Below are positions 63,719-64,000 of a DNA stretch of 64,000 bases, in pieces. The position numbers were made by a program, and so were the translations under genes. Position 1 is the stretch's first letter. Every line of letters starts with the position of its first letter. This stretch comes from Paragordius varius (taxonomy: Eukaryota; Animalia; Nematomorpha), in the NCBI GenBank assembly GCA_964247055.1, contig OZ176051.1, positions 14,446,001 to 14,510,000 on the forward strand. Direction: 5' to 3'. Under the pieces are notes generated by a model. The model had not been told where the DNA came from, did not search any database, and saw nothing but the letters and a program-made list of their open reading frames with translations.

Positions 63719-64000
63719 TACCATTTACAGTTCAAATACCCCCTTAACAATTCAAATTCACCCCCCTTTAACAATACAAATTCACCCTAAATATAAATTA
63801 TGTATTTTCGGGCGGCTAATATAACTCCTAATTATTATGAAATATATCTTAATGTGGCATAGTTTATTATTTTTCCAGTAAATTGCAAACAAAATTTTAT
63901 TCTTTCAAAATATATGAAAAATATAGGTAATTTTTATTAAAAAACATTTAATTATGTTCCGGGGCTAATTTGAATTGTTCAAGGGTGAATTTTAATTGTT
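63719..64000. mobile_element. TA|TACCATTT element with subterminal repeats, running off the window
   Basis: Same TACCATTT terminus as 45633. Repeated CAAATTCACCC..TTAACAAT units, with inverted copies near 63960-64000. Confidence 0.5.

Overview
Very AT-rich, spliceosomal-intron-containing eukaryotic DNA, most likely from an invertebrate animal. That assignment is inferred from the GT-AG introns, RTE LINEs, hAT/Helitron/Tc1-type elements and a Ty3/gypsy primer-binding site matching metazoan tRNA-His. I found no rRNA, tRNA gene or CRISPR array. Most of the window is nested, decayed transposon sequence, and most short ORFs in the track are spurious. Host coding content I can support: (A) a 4-exon gene for a ~420-430 aa secreted protein with no family I recognise (2544-5327, +), all introns phase 1; (B) a convergent paralogue (31093-28526, -) with the same exon architecture, whose last exon is missing from the ORF track and whose first exon I could not find; (C) a candidate ~180 aa secreted protein (signal-peptide exon 17540-17627 plus exons at 24.6-25.7 kb, +). 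Best-resolved mobile elements: a 2795-bp LTR retroelement (41963-44757) with 332-bp LTRs ending TG...TA, a CTCAT target duplication and a deletion that joins the tRNA-His PBS directly to RT-thumb/RNase H/integrase; a hAT transposase pseudogene fused tail-to-tail to an inverted, multiply deleted relative (33044-36418, potential hairpin-RNA locus); Helitrons sharing a 5' end but with different 3' ends; a Buster-type hAT; two RTE LINE remnants; several MITE/foldback families; and a ~118-bp minisatellite. All alignments and translations were done by eye, with no database searches.
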